The translations under genes and the position numbers were made by a program. A DNA stretch of 63,947 nucleotides, taken from positions 1-63,947 of the forward strand of contig CDMY01000272.1 in the NCBI GenBank assembly GCA_001179505.1, written 5' to 3'. The stretch comes from Vitrella brassicaformis CCMP3155. Taxonomy: Eukaryota; Protista; Chromerida. Shown here in pieces: positions 11,109-22,440 of the stretch; within the stretch, counting starts at the first letter, position 1, and the number at the start of each line of letters is the position of its first letter. The notes beneath the pieces are model-generated. The model ran no database searches, was not told where the DNA came from, and saw nothing but the letters and a program-made list of their open reading frames with translations.

Positions 11109-14100
11109 TCACTCCAGGATGGGCAGCACGCCCCCTCCCACGTCCAGCCGGTGGAACACCAACCCGGAGCGATTATGCCCCGATGTCACGCACCCGCACG
11201 CCACTATATCCAACACCTCCAGCGGCTCCACCACGTTCTTCCGCTGCTTGCTCGGCAGCGACCTCGACCGCTCCCTCGAACCTTTCCTGTGCCGCTTGTC
11301 GGCCGCCCGCCTTTGCGCCCCAGCCGATGGCGGCAGCTGTGTGGATGTGCACGTTGATACGTCCCCGATGCTGATCGGTGAGGAGAGTTCGCTCGCCGAC
11401 ATGGAGCGGCAGACGGGGGAGCTGTGCGGGGCGGCGTGGTGGTGCGCCGGGGCGGGCGAGAGGCACTGCGAGTGCGCCTTCTTGACGTGCGGATGGTCGT
11501 GGTGCTGATGCTGCTGATGCTGCTGTTGTCGCTCGGGTGCCGCCATCTGCCTCATGAGCAGTGCTGGCGGGACGACAGATGGACAGCTGACCTCGGCGGC
11601 ACACACAGGGGGGTGCAGCAGGTTGCCCAGGGACTGCCCGTGCAGCCCATGCCCATGCATGCTGCCGTTGATGAATGGTGACGCGGGGGGCGTCGACTGT
11701 GCCGGCGGGGGGTAGAGCGACGACGGGCTTGCGAACGTCGATGGGGGCGAAGGGGGCGGCGAGTGCGGCGGGTGCAGCACCGGGTGGTGCCCGCCAGCCC
11801 CACTCACAGCAGACCGTTTGGTGGTTTCGCGTGAACAGGGGACTTCCCCTTTGTTGCCCGCTGCCCGATTTCTGCATGGGACGAGGTAGACGGACGCCAC
11901 CCAGGCCGTGAGCAGCAGCACCAACGCCAGCAGCAGGGACACCATGACTGTCAGCCACATGGGCTTGCCGTCCTCCTCCACGGCCATGTCGGTATCGGCC
12001 GATTTCTGCTCGCTGGTGGTGCCGGTTGAGAGGAGGGTGATGGCGTCTTGTTGCTGGCTCTGTTGCCGCGGTGGTGGTGTGTCTGCGGTGGCTGTGGGGG
12101 GGACTGGGCTGGTAAGCAGCGCGGGCATTTCGGACTGGTCTGGGATGGTGAGCCACTGCTGCATGAGGGTGGACATGTCGCTCTTGAAGTGCGACTCGAA
12201 CACCGACGGCTCCACTCTGCCGACCAACACGCACATCAATCACATCGTTGTGTGTATCGTCCTAATGCATCCCCATAAAAATCTATCCGTTGAGCTTACT
12301 CAAGGAAGAATTGCGTGCCTTGCTGTGACCTCGACTGCACCTCCATGACATCGATGGCTTCATGGGGGACACCCAGCACCCCTGCCGACCACCGCTGGAC
12401 GCCCTCGAGCACGTGTGACCGGTACCACAGATCCTGATGGCATGGCAGGCAGGCACGTGACATGACATGCAACACTTGCTTGTGGTGGTACTGACTGTGT
12501 GTGTGTACCTTACCTCGACAAGACGGCCGTAGGACACCTGCCGCACCCCAAGCGTCAGAAGCGCCACGTCCTTTTCATCATCATCCGTGCCAGTCGTCAC
12601 ATTGGTCACATTGGCGCTCGCGTCTCTCTCTGCCTTGTCTTCCTCGCTCTCGCGCAGCATGACGGGCGGATACGCCTCCCCATCCACAATCGACTGCTCC
12701 ACTGACGAGTTCTCATCTGATGGGGGGGCGGTGGACATGCTGTCATGCTCTGGCTCGTCTGTCGTTGTCGAAGTGGATGGCGACGAGTAGTCGGGGAGGG
12801 TGTCACTCTCCCACTCGTGTGTGTCCTTTTGGTCTGTGTCGTCGTCCTGGTGGTCCTCAGGTGGGGGAGGTGGTGGGGGCTTCTTTGGCTTGGGGGTCGG
12901 CTTGTGGTTGTGCTTGTCGTTGTGTTTGTTCTTGTGGTGGTGGTCCTTGTTGTCCTTGTTGTTCTGCCACCATTTCTTTCTCTGATAAGTGTTGCTGGCG
13001 CCTTTGCCTTTGCCTTTGCCGCTGCCCTGTCGCTTCTTGTCCTTGACGCAATACGCAGGCCCCGATATGCTCAGCAGCGCTCGCACGGCCACATCGTCGA
13101 TCCGCTTGTCCTTCCTCGCACCAGTGAACAGGTGACACTCACCCCCTGCCCCGCCCCCGCCCCCCTTGCCCTTGCTGTCGGCCCGTTTGCCGTCCCTCTC
13201 GCCCTTGTCGTCGGCCTTCAGGTGGAAGGAGAACGAGGAGCATGTTTCCTCGTGTTGGCAAAAGACTTGGCAGACCTCGGCGGAGGGGAGGGAGGAGACG
13301 GCCTTGACGGGCTCCAGGATGACCCTCTTGCCCAGCATGAAGCACCCCACCCACTTGGACCACACGATGGAGTCGTCTTTGGAGGAAGTGGCGGACGGAG
13401 AGGGGGGGTGCTGCTGGGCCTGGGCGTGGGCGTGGGCATGCGCCTGGGGGCGGGCCAAGGGGTGCTGCTGGTGGGGGTGTCTGTGGCTTTGTTTCTTCTT
13501 GCGAGTGTTGATGGCTTTGGTCTCGATGTTTTGTCGTTTCTCCTTGGCCATTCTGACGATGTGTGCCGTCTCCTTTGGCGGCACGACAGACCGGCCCACC
13601 CTTTTCCAGCCGTCGACGAACCGCTGCTGATTGTCTGCCTGCTCGCGCACTCCCGCCGCAAACTCACTCGACAACACATTCACCCAATGCTTCGCACCGT
13701 CATCGCTGCTGCTCAGCTCGCGATGTCGCGGTGAGGGTGGCCTCGCCCCCACTCGCAGAATGACGTCATTCGGTGGCTTGCTGTCGGGCAGTTGATGAGT
13801 GGCGATGGTCTCATTGTTGGCGTAGATGAGCAGAGAGTGCGGCTGCCACTCCACCCCCAGCACCAGTGACACCTCCACATCGCCACCCACGCCAGAGCTC
13901 GGCCCTTTCATCGCCACATCGACTCTCTTCATCTCTTCATTGGCTTCTCCCTTTTTCGTATCGACGGTTGATGTGACATCGATCGGCAGCACGTCTTTCC
14001 TCAGCCCAACCCTCGGCGTGGCCTCAACCGCCACGCCATCAGCTGTCGCTCTGCCGTCATCTGGCCGCTCCATTGTCATCAGGCGAAACAAGACGACTGG

Positions 14101-14529
14101 CGGGGTGGCAGTGATTGGCCTGTGCAGCAGGTAGGTGAAGTGGGTCTCGAACCTGCCGTAGTGGAAGCTCTGTTCGGCCTCCATCTGCCATGGCGACGAC
14201 GCTGACACGACCCCCTCTTCGCGCAATAACGATGAGATTTCGTTGCCCATCACCAGCAAAGGCGGCAGGACGATGCGCGTGACGTTGCCAGTGGACTGGA
14301 TGTAGGCCGGGGGGATGGCTGCTGCTGGTGTGTGTGCTGCTTTCCGGCTGAACCACAGGAAGTCGGTCACAAGACTCTCGTCGTCGGTTGTGGCCTCCCC
14401 GCCCGCCTCAGAGAGGAAGGCCTTCTCGATGACGACCGACAGGACCACCCCCAGCACGAGCAGCACCGTCGCCAACACCCCACAGAAGAACACCACGCTC
14501 TTCCGCCAATCCATAACCTCCATCGCCAT
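11109..14529 (-). CDS. Large membrane adhesin-like protein: N-terminal anchor, ConA/GH16-like domain, PAN/apple domain, SEA-like domain, TM, cytosolic tail
   Basis: The 748-aa and 376-aa ORFs join via a small exon DLWYRSHVLEG...TQFFL. Motifs: FHYGRFE...VEWQPHSLLIYAN; PAN-like SAEVCQVFCQHEETCSSFSF...CHLF...SGPAYC; TM WLTVMVSLLLALVLLLTAWVASVYLV. The 3' end is uncertain (possible donor GA|gtgagt near 11110). Confidence 0.7.
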
Positions 14530-14650
14530 TGACGGTCCTCCGCGTTGCTGCCGCCCGCTGCAGATTGAGCGTTTGTCCGTTCGGTTCGTGGAGCTTTCCG
14601 TTTATTTCGTCGGCCGTTGGGGAGCTTCGACCCAGGCTTCGACGAGCGAG

Positions 14651-16148
14651 ATGAGCTCTGGGGTGGACAAAGTGAGGGTGGGGGAGTCGCCTGGGAAGAT
14701 CGTCACTCTGAGTCCGTGCTCGCCTGCATTGGTGGAGGTCAGACAAACACGCATACGCGTGCGACGACGAAGAATGAATCATGATGTCCCTGTCTGTCTG
14801 TTCTATACAGGCCATTGCGTCGCCACAGACCCGCGGAGATGAACCCGGTGAGTGAGTCAGTGAGTCAGACAGGACAGAGGAGAAGTGTGGAATGCATCCG
14901 CTCATCAGTCGACGTGTGTGTGTGTTGCTGTTCTGTTGCCCTGGCTGGCTTCAGCGACCCCCGTGGTCCACCATGTGTCTGCAGCCGCCACTGGCAGCCG
15001 CCCCGCTCGCATCGGTATCCTCTCCAGAGAGAACCTCGAGAAGCTCAAGAGAATCAGCCAACAAATGGCTGGGGTACGCAACCCTTATCGAATCTGACGG
15101 AGTCATGTGTCTGTCTGGTGTCTGTGTGTGTGCTGATGGTTTGATCAATCAGGGCCGCAGCAACAAGATGGTCAAGGACAGGGGCGATGGGCATGACAGT
15201 GACGGCCAGTCGTCGAGCGACAGCGACGATGACGATGACGATGACTCTGACAAGAAGAGCGACAAGAGCGGCAAGAGCGGCGCCGGCAGCGACCTGAGCT
15301 CGGAGGAGGGTACGTGACTGTGCCAGCACATCAATCACATCGCTGCATGTATCCATGGCTTTGTCTGTCTACAGAGTATTTCGACCCCGATGGCAGCGAC
15401 TCTGAGGACAGTTGCGCTTCCGACAAAACTGACGCCACCTGGGTGGAGGCAGAGGTCCAGGGCAACAGGAAGAGAAGAAGGCGCCGAACCAAACCCTCGA
15501 CCAGGCGCACAAAGAGAAGACGGTGCGTGCGAGACCTCTCGCACCAGGCAGACAACAGGCGGGCATCACACCGACAGACCCTCCTGTGTGCTGTGCGTTT
15601 CAGTCACACCAGCCCACCCGTGGACATGCCCCCGCTGCCCAAGGTGAAGGGTGTGTGCTACTACCCCTCCACGGGCTGCTTCGTGGGCTTCTGGACGTCA
15701 CCTGATACCCACAAGGGCGTTCAGCGAGCCTTCAGCGTGGCCAAACACGGGTACGAGGGTGCATACGAGAAAGCACTGAGTGTCCGGAAAGCCGCTGAAG
15801 CGTCCGGCAAGGTGAGCGGGCGGCCGGGCGAACAGACAGACAGCCCACCAACCCAACACAACTCGGCAGCGGAGGAGGCATCGATCCTGTGACATGCAGG
15901 CTGCCCTGAAGGCCCCTGGCGAGCGCAGCAGCGGTGTGAAGGGTGTGGCGTGGTATGCAAGACACAAGGCGTGGGCCGCCACGTGGAGCGAAGACGCGCA
16001 GCCGCGTCGACAGCTGTTCCGTGTGTCTGCCTTTGCGAGTGAGAGTGACGCCATGGCTGCGGCGGTGGCATGTCGGGTGGCGATGATCGAGAGGAAGGAG
16101 AGGAAGATGGCAGAGCGTGGTGATGCTGAGGAGGGAGGGAGTGACTAG
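14651..16148 (+). CDS. ApiAP2-family transcription factor with two AP2 domains
   Basis: AP2 domains KVKGVCYYPSTGCFVGFW...RAFSVAKHGYEGAYEKALSVRK and SGVKGVAWYARHKAWAATW...FRVSAF...AMAAAVACR. Upstream acidic tract and NLS-like RKRRRRRTK. Exons phase-compatible from ATG 14651. Confidence 0.85.
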
Positions 16149-18180
16149 TGGCCGGATTTGTCGATGGATTTGTCTGGGTGAAGGCTGCTTTGCTGCTCAA
16201 ACACATCTGAGTGGACCAGAGCTATACCGGATGTTGGAGGGGAAGTGCATTGGATGAGCCTGACTGTCTGTCATGGCTTGCATCTCTCAATGCATTCATT
16301 ACGAAATGAAATTGTGTCACTCGTCAGTGTCTTCAAACCGTGTTCGTTCTCTGAATGGTCTTTCCATCCCAGCCATCGCTCCGTGACGAACGTGTAGCGG
16401 CTGGCTGCCCTTCCGCCTCCATCGGCGAGGCACACATGTCGAGCGTCGATACACCCGATACATGACCCTCTCTGACAAGCGGCGTAGAGCAAAGCCCCCA
16501 CAACACATCACACCACCGCTCATCAATCTGTCTGTCGATCCGCTCTGTGTCTCGCGCACACGCAGCTGCCTTCCCTGCTGCCTGTCTGCCTCATCTCCCT
16601 GACGGCCCGTGTCCCCCCCCTGTGGCCGTGTGTGAGGCATACCCACACCATACATACACGGCGCGCGGAGCTCAGCTTGATCAACACCCACGCACAGAGA
16701 GCACCCATCGATGGACACGCACACCGCGAGTCATACCTTGCCTGTGCGTGAGTCGGCGCCATGTCATGAGACTCCCCCTCTCGCCACGCGGCCGCCTCTC
16801 ATCAGCACTGGGATGAGAAGCGGAGGCGCAACTGGAGACAGGTTACGTGACGGAGCGCCCAGACCCGCACAGGCGAAGATACTCGCTGACCATCCATCCA
16901 CCCGCCATCGAATATATCCATTGCTGCACCTTTGCCCGTCCGCATAGTGTAGTGGATCCACGCATCGATCGCATCATGGAGAGAGAAAAATGCATGAACA
17001 CCAACCGACACACATGCACCCATCCCATCCAGGACACCGAACGGAGCGATACAGGAAGGAAGACAGGCACAGGCGCAGGCAGCAGGGGCACATTGCGAGG
17101 CATGGATGGCTGGATGGGGTGGCAGGGAGGGAGGGAGGGGGCCAATCCGATAAGACAGACACACCAATATTCAGTCGGTCAGCTCACGGCAGGCAACAGC
17201 AGCACAACAGGCAACAGCAGCATAGCATGGCGGCAACACACGACAGCAAAAATGACCTGCCACACGAGGCAGGCCTGTGTATGTGTAGGTGAGGCGTGCA
17301 GGTAGGTACAAGGATGCGATACATGCAGCCAGAGGGACCAACCAGAAATATCACAACTGGGGATAAGTACACGGTCCCTCATCATTGGTATGTATCAGTC
17401 GGTCAACACACACTCGCATGGCACGGAGGCAGGCAGGCAGGTAGGCAGGCAGGTGGGTGGGCAGATAAGATAGAAGTAGGCAGCCCAGCCATCTGGACAC
17501 AAAAACGGACATAGATAGACAGACACACAGATCCACACATCACATGAGATGACGGCAGCCACCGAAAAAGGCGACAGAGACTCTCACGAACAGACAGACA
17601 GTCACTGGCAGCCGGACACCGACCGATACGATACACACACACGCATAGGTAGTTAGCTAGTTAGGTAGGTACGTATACATTTGTATCGCACACACATACA
17701 CAGATGCAGCATATGCAGACAGCCCAGACCCACGCAGCACACGGATAAGAAAAGACAGCGACCGACAGGAAAACACACAAAGAAAAAATGGAAAGAAAAA
17801 GCCACAGACACGTAATCATGCACACCAACCATCAGCAACACACACAAAACTGCCCCGCAGCAGCAGCATCTCAAAATCGGGGCCGGCAAGTCAGGCAATG
17901 CACATCTGTCCCATTGGTTGGTTGGCGACTTGCCCTGTGATCTACGCCCCCTTGCAAGCCACTGGCCGATCTCGCTGATACGACTCGCGGCCGAATGCAA
18001 TGCCAACGTCGCGAGGTCGGGTAGCCGAGGATGGCCATAGACGAGGGAGCACAGCGATCAGATCACGAGGGAGTCATTTGGCAACGTGACACAGCAGAGA
18101 CTGTACTAGGCAGATAAGGACACAGGCAGGCAGGCAGGCAGGCAGCATCGATCTCTCCTCCGTGTGAGCGAATGACTCAT

Positions 18181-20057
18181 TCAGTCGATGAACTTGTTGT
18201 TGGCCTCGAACACCACCTGACCAACGCACGCACACGAGATACGATCCATATCCATCCATCAGCACAGGTGTGTGGTGTGGTGTGATGTGGTGTGATGTGT
18301 GTCGGTCGTCTTTGTGTTTGTTGCGCACCTGGTGGTTGAAGTAGACCCTTGCCCACTCGACCATGTCGCGAGCGCCACGCGTCAGCCGCATCTCGCAGTT
18401 CATGCCGCCGTCCTGACACACAACCACACGCACACACACACACACACACACAGAGCACAACGACAGACAGATACACTTATTATTCCCTGCCATCGATGTG
18501 TGGGTGTGGTGATTGCACTACTGACCAGGTTCCAGGCCCTGAAGAAGAGCCTCTGTTGCGGGTCGCTGCTGAGCTCGTACGCCAGCTGGTTGTAGTGGTG
18601 CGCCTGCACACGCATCGCATACACACACACACACACACGATGGTTTCCCTCTCCTCCCTTCAGCCTCTTCATGTGTGTGTGCGTGTGTGTGTGTTGTGAC
18701 CGCCTCACTCACCTTGAGCAGGTTGCCGTGGAGCTCCACGTGTGTCGACTCGAAGGGCGGGGTGTGGTTGGCCAACTTCTGAAAGGCACGCTCGATCGCC
18801 GGCATGCCCCTGTGCACACACAATGAATGTCACACAGAGAGAGGAAGGTCACGTGTACGGCTGCGCGACCCGTCTCGTCTCGTCTGGTCTGGTGGGGTGG
18901 GGACGTACCTGAAGACGGCCGTGAGTTCCTTGGTGTACTGGCACTTCTCGCCCGCAAAGAGGACCTTCCACTCGTGGCACTTGTCCAGCACCATCTGTGT
19001 CAGCTCCACATCGCCAGCGGCACCATGCAGCACCGAACCAATCCGACGCGCAACTCTGCACACCCACCCACACACACACACGAGACCATCAGTTCTCTCT
19101 CCTTATGTCTCTGCACTCTTCACTCACTCACTGACTCACCCGTGGTTGAGGACCACGCCAAGGTACTCGCATGTCTCGGGCTTGATGGGCATCTTGATGC
19201 GATAGACCTCGGTGCACTCCATGCCCGCCTCCCACTCCACGCCCACGATCAGCGCCTCCCACCCGGGGTGCTCCTGGTCCGCCGCACCCACCAGCCCCGG
19301 CAGGGCATCCCAGAGGGACCGCGACACGTACATGTCGCTGTCGGTGATGACGGCACACCGCCCGTCGAAGTTGGTGAGCTGGGGGGGCAGGGGGGCGTCA
19401 GACACACGGTCGGGGCCTCTTGCAGGCACCCGGAAGATGGGCACCTGGTCGCATCGCACACAGAGACGGCGTGTGCACACGCTGCGCTGTGGATGGATGG
19501 CTGTGGGTGTGGTGTGGTGTGGTGTGCTGTGGGTGTGTTTACCTACCTGTGAGTTGTAAGCCCATCGTGCGGCGGTCTCGTCGGTCTTCTCGCTGCCCAC
19601 GAGGTCGAAGATGGCCTCGGCGCCGAGGAACCTCGACCACTCCTCGAAGCTCGTATACACCGCGCCGCTGTCCGGCAGACCCTGACACAACACGCCCTCG
19701 CTCTCGCCTGACACAGACAGACAGACAGACAGACGACCAACGAACACACCAACCGTCACTCACGCCGACATTCATTCAAAGTCTTCCATGACACGCTGGC
19801 ACAACACCGACCCACCACGCACACGTACACGTACCGATCTGTTTGCCGGCCTGTTTGGGGTCGAGTCCACCGTCGTAGAGTGTGCGGATGGCCTCGAGGC
19901 ACCTGGGTGAGCGGGGTGCTGCGGCGAGGATGGAGTGGTGCTCCAGGAACCCGCCGGCCGGCAGCGGGGAAGTGAACAGGGAGGGCGCCTCGGGACCCTT
20001 GAACAGCGTGCCCAGCGGTACCACATACCCACCTGCATTGCATCGATGCCAAGTCAC

Positions 20058-20096
<39 letters not shown>

Positions 20097-22076
20097 GTCA
20101 GCGGGTAGGTGTGTGAGGTCTTTCCCTTTCTGTCTGGGTGACGTACCTTCGTCGTAAAGGATTTCGAGTGCTAGCATTTTGACAGCGAGTGCGTCCATCT
20201 TGCGGTCGACATGGTACAAATTGGCGCCGAAGAAGGACCGGCCCTTGAGGTCCTTGAGCGTCCAGCACTTGTACCGATACTCGGGGTGACGTCTGACACA
20301 CCACACACCGCCACCACCACACACACCACCACACACACAGATGCACGTGTTGATGCGTTCGTCCGTGTGTGTGTGGTGTGTGGAGTGGAGGGCTCACTCA
20401 CCTGCAGAAGTCTTGGTACCAGGTGGCCATCCACCGCTCTGGCTTCATGTCGCTCGTCTGGAAGACAAACTGGTGGATCACCTTGGGGGCGCTGCTGCTG
20501 GCGGTGGCGGCCTGGGCGGCGGCCTCGGCTGCCGATGGCAGCGGCCGAAGGGACCCCAGCGGCCAGTCCTTCCGCTTGCTGTGCACCTTGCACGTCAGAG
20601 CCTTCCGGCACCTGCACACACACATGGATGGATGGATGTGGTGATGGTGCGTTGGTTGCGTTGACCGCACTTTTTTACCTGTTCTGCGTCCTGACGTAGT
20701 TCTCGAGTCCGCTGCATGTGTACCCGAACTGGAACATGTAGGAGTTGGGGAATTTGGTCAGGTCGATGGCGTCGGGGTTGGGCACGAAGTGAAAGGCGGG
20801 GTAGAACAAGTGGCTCGGAGGCACACACATCGGCATCCCCGTCTGCAGGCCAGGACACAAACCATCACACCACACACACCAGATAGATGTGTGTGTCGTG
20901 ATGGTGTCTGCGTATGTGTTCCGTCCGTTGTGTGTGTGAGTAGGTAGGTAGGTAGAGTACCTGGAGGAGGGCGCGGGTGTAGGCCAGCGGTCCGGTGACC
21001 CACTCGACGGAGAGGTGTGGGCGCTTGAGTGGGTAGATGTTGCGCAGGTAGTAGATCATCATCAAAACCAACGGGTGCTTCGGCGCCGCTACTATCACGC
21101 TGTTGCCTGACACACAACACAACACAGCCCGACGCAACATTCTCGCTCTCTCTCTCTCTGGCAAGATTTTCCTCTGTGTGTGTGTGTGTGTACCGAGGAC
21201 GGAGTATGGCTTGTCCTTGGTGTCTGGCTCGTAGGTGATGAGGAACTTGCTGTCCTTCTCGGCCATCTCGATGATGGGGTCGAGGCACTTGGATCCGCAC
21301 GAGACCATGTCCGCGTCAATATAGATGCCGCCGTGCTGGTACAGCAGCTCCAGACGCAGCAGGTCCGCCTTGCACTGCCACATCCTCTCCTGCATGGTGG
21401 ATGGACCACACAGGTGGCACACTCAGGTATGAATGTTTGTGCGTCGAGGTGTGTGTGTGTGTACCTGCTCGTAGAAGTCTCTGTTGAACATGTGCAGCTT
21501 GGCGACGTCCTCGTCGGTCCACAGAGTGTGGTCCCAGTGCTTGTTGCGGTACAGGTAGTCCACACGCTGTGATGAGAGAGACACACACGGAGGGAGAGGA
21601 GACATGCACCAGGTCAGCGCGTCGCGTGCATGTTCGCGTCCGCCCCGCCAGAGCCTCAGTTTCCTTCGCTCTCTGCTTTCGTACCCATGTGTCGAGCCAG
21701 AGACAGGGAGGCTCCTTGGGTCCCACCCAGATCTGCACCAACACACGACACAAACACACACGCATGGCATGAGCCCGTCCCTCTCCCTCAAGCCACTCAT
21801 GCCACCCCCTACCTGGTGCATCATCTTGGGAATGGCCGGTGCGGTGGGCAGGTAGTCACGCACGGCCTGCTTCCACTCGTCGGCGTTCGCGAGGTGGCAC
21901 TCGCGGTGGTCCCACATGTTGAACTGACCGATACACTCCACTTTGGCCTCGAGGCTCTCGTAGGCCGGCTTGCTGGGGTGGGGCATGGTGGCGCTACTGG
22001 GGTGGGTCACACTGGCGTGCAGCGGCGTGTGCGGCGGGGAGGTGTGGGTCAGGTGGTCGGTGCCGTCGACTGTCAT
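18181..22076 (-). CDS. GT32 (DXD sugar-binding) glycosyltransferase with a second degenerate GT32-like repeat and a C-terminal domain
   Basis: IPKMMHQ|IWVG, HTLWTD, KADLLRLELLYQHGGIYIDAD, NSVIVAAPKHP, TGP. Second repeat PKVIHQF...YKCWT...LEILYDEGGYVVP. Ends VVFEANNKFID*. Confidence 0.85.
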
Positions 22077-22440
22077 GTCGGCGGTGTGCGGAGAGATGGA
22101 GGAGAGATCTGAGGTCAGAGGGTCACCAGCAGCTAGAAACAGACAAGAAGGCAGAGCAAAGTCCCAAAATCTGCAGCAAATGCAGACCAGTGCGAGCTCA
22201 AAAGCTCGCGAACGGGAGAAGGACACAGCACACTAGCATCTCGTTGACAGCAGTGGTACTGCATGCAGACGGCCGAAGGCACCTCATCCTCACAACCAAG
22301 ACAAGACGATGGCAGATGCAGATCAGCCAACGACACCGCGTCCAAGACGTGATAGATGCATCCCATCAGCCTGCCAAATGAAGCCAAGCGCACTCTCTTC
22401 TCCCACTTACAACTTCCCCCGACCTCGAAGGCGGCCGTCT

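Noticed and set aside
11173-13734. Long alternative-frame and antisense ORFs (e.g. 11173-12243, 12745-13734; likewise 54415-55032)
   Set aside because: Shadows of GC-rich real exons, with low-complexity translations.
16262-18050. Short minus-strand ORFs between the AP2 and GT32 genes
   Set aside because: Three frames are about equally plausible with no motif; it may be UTR or ncRNA, but I cannot support a call.
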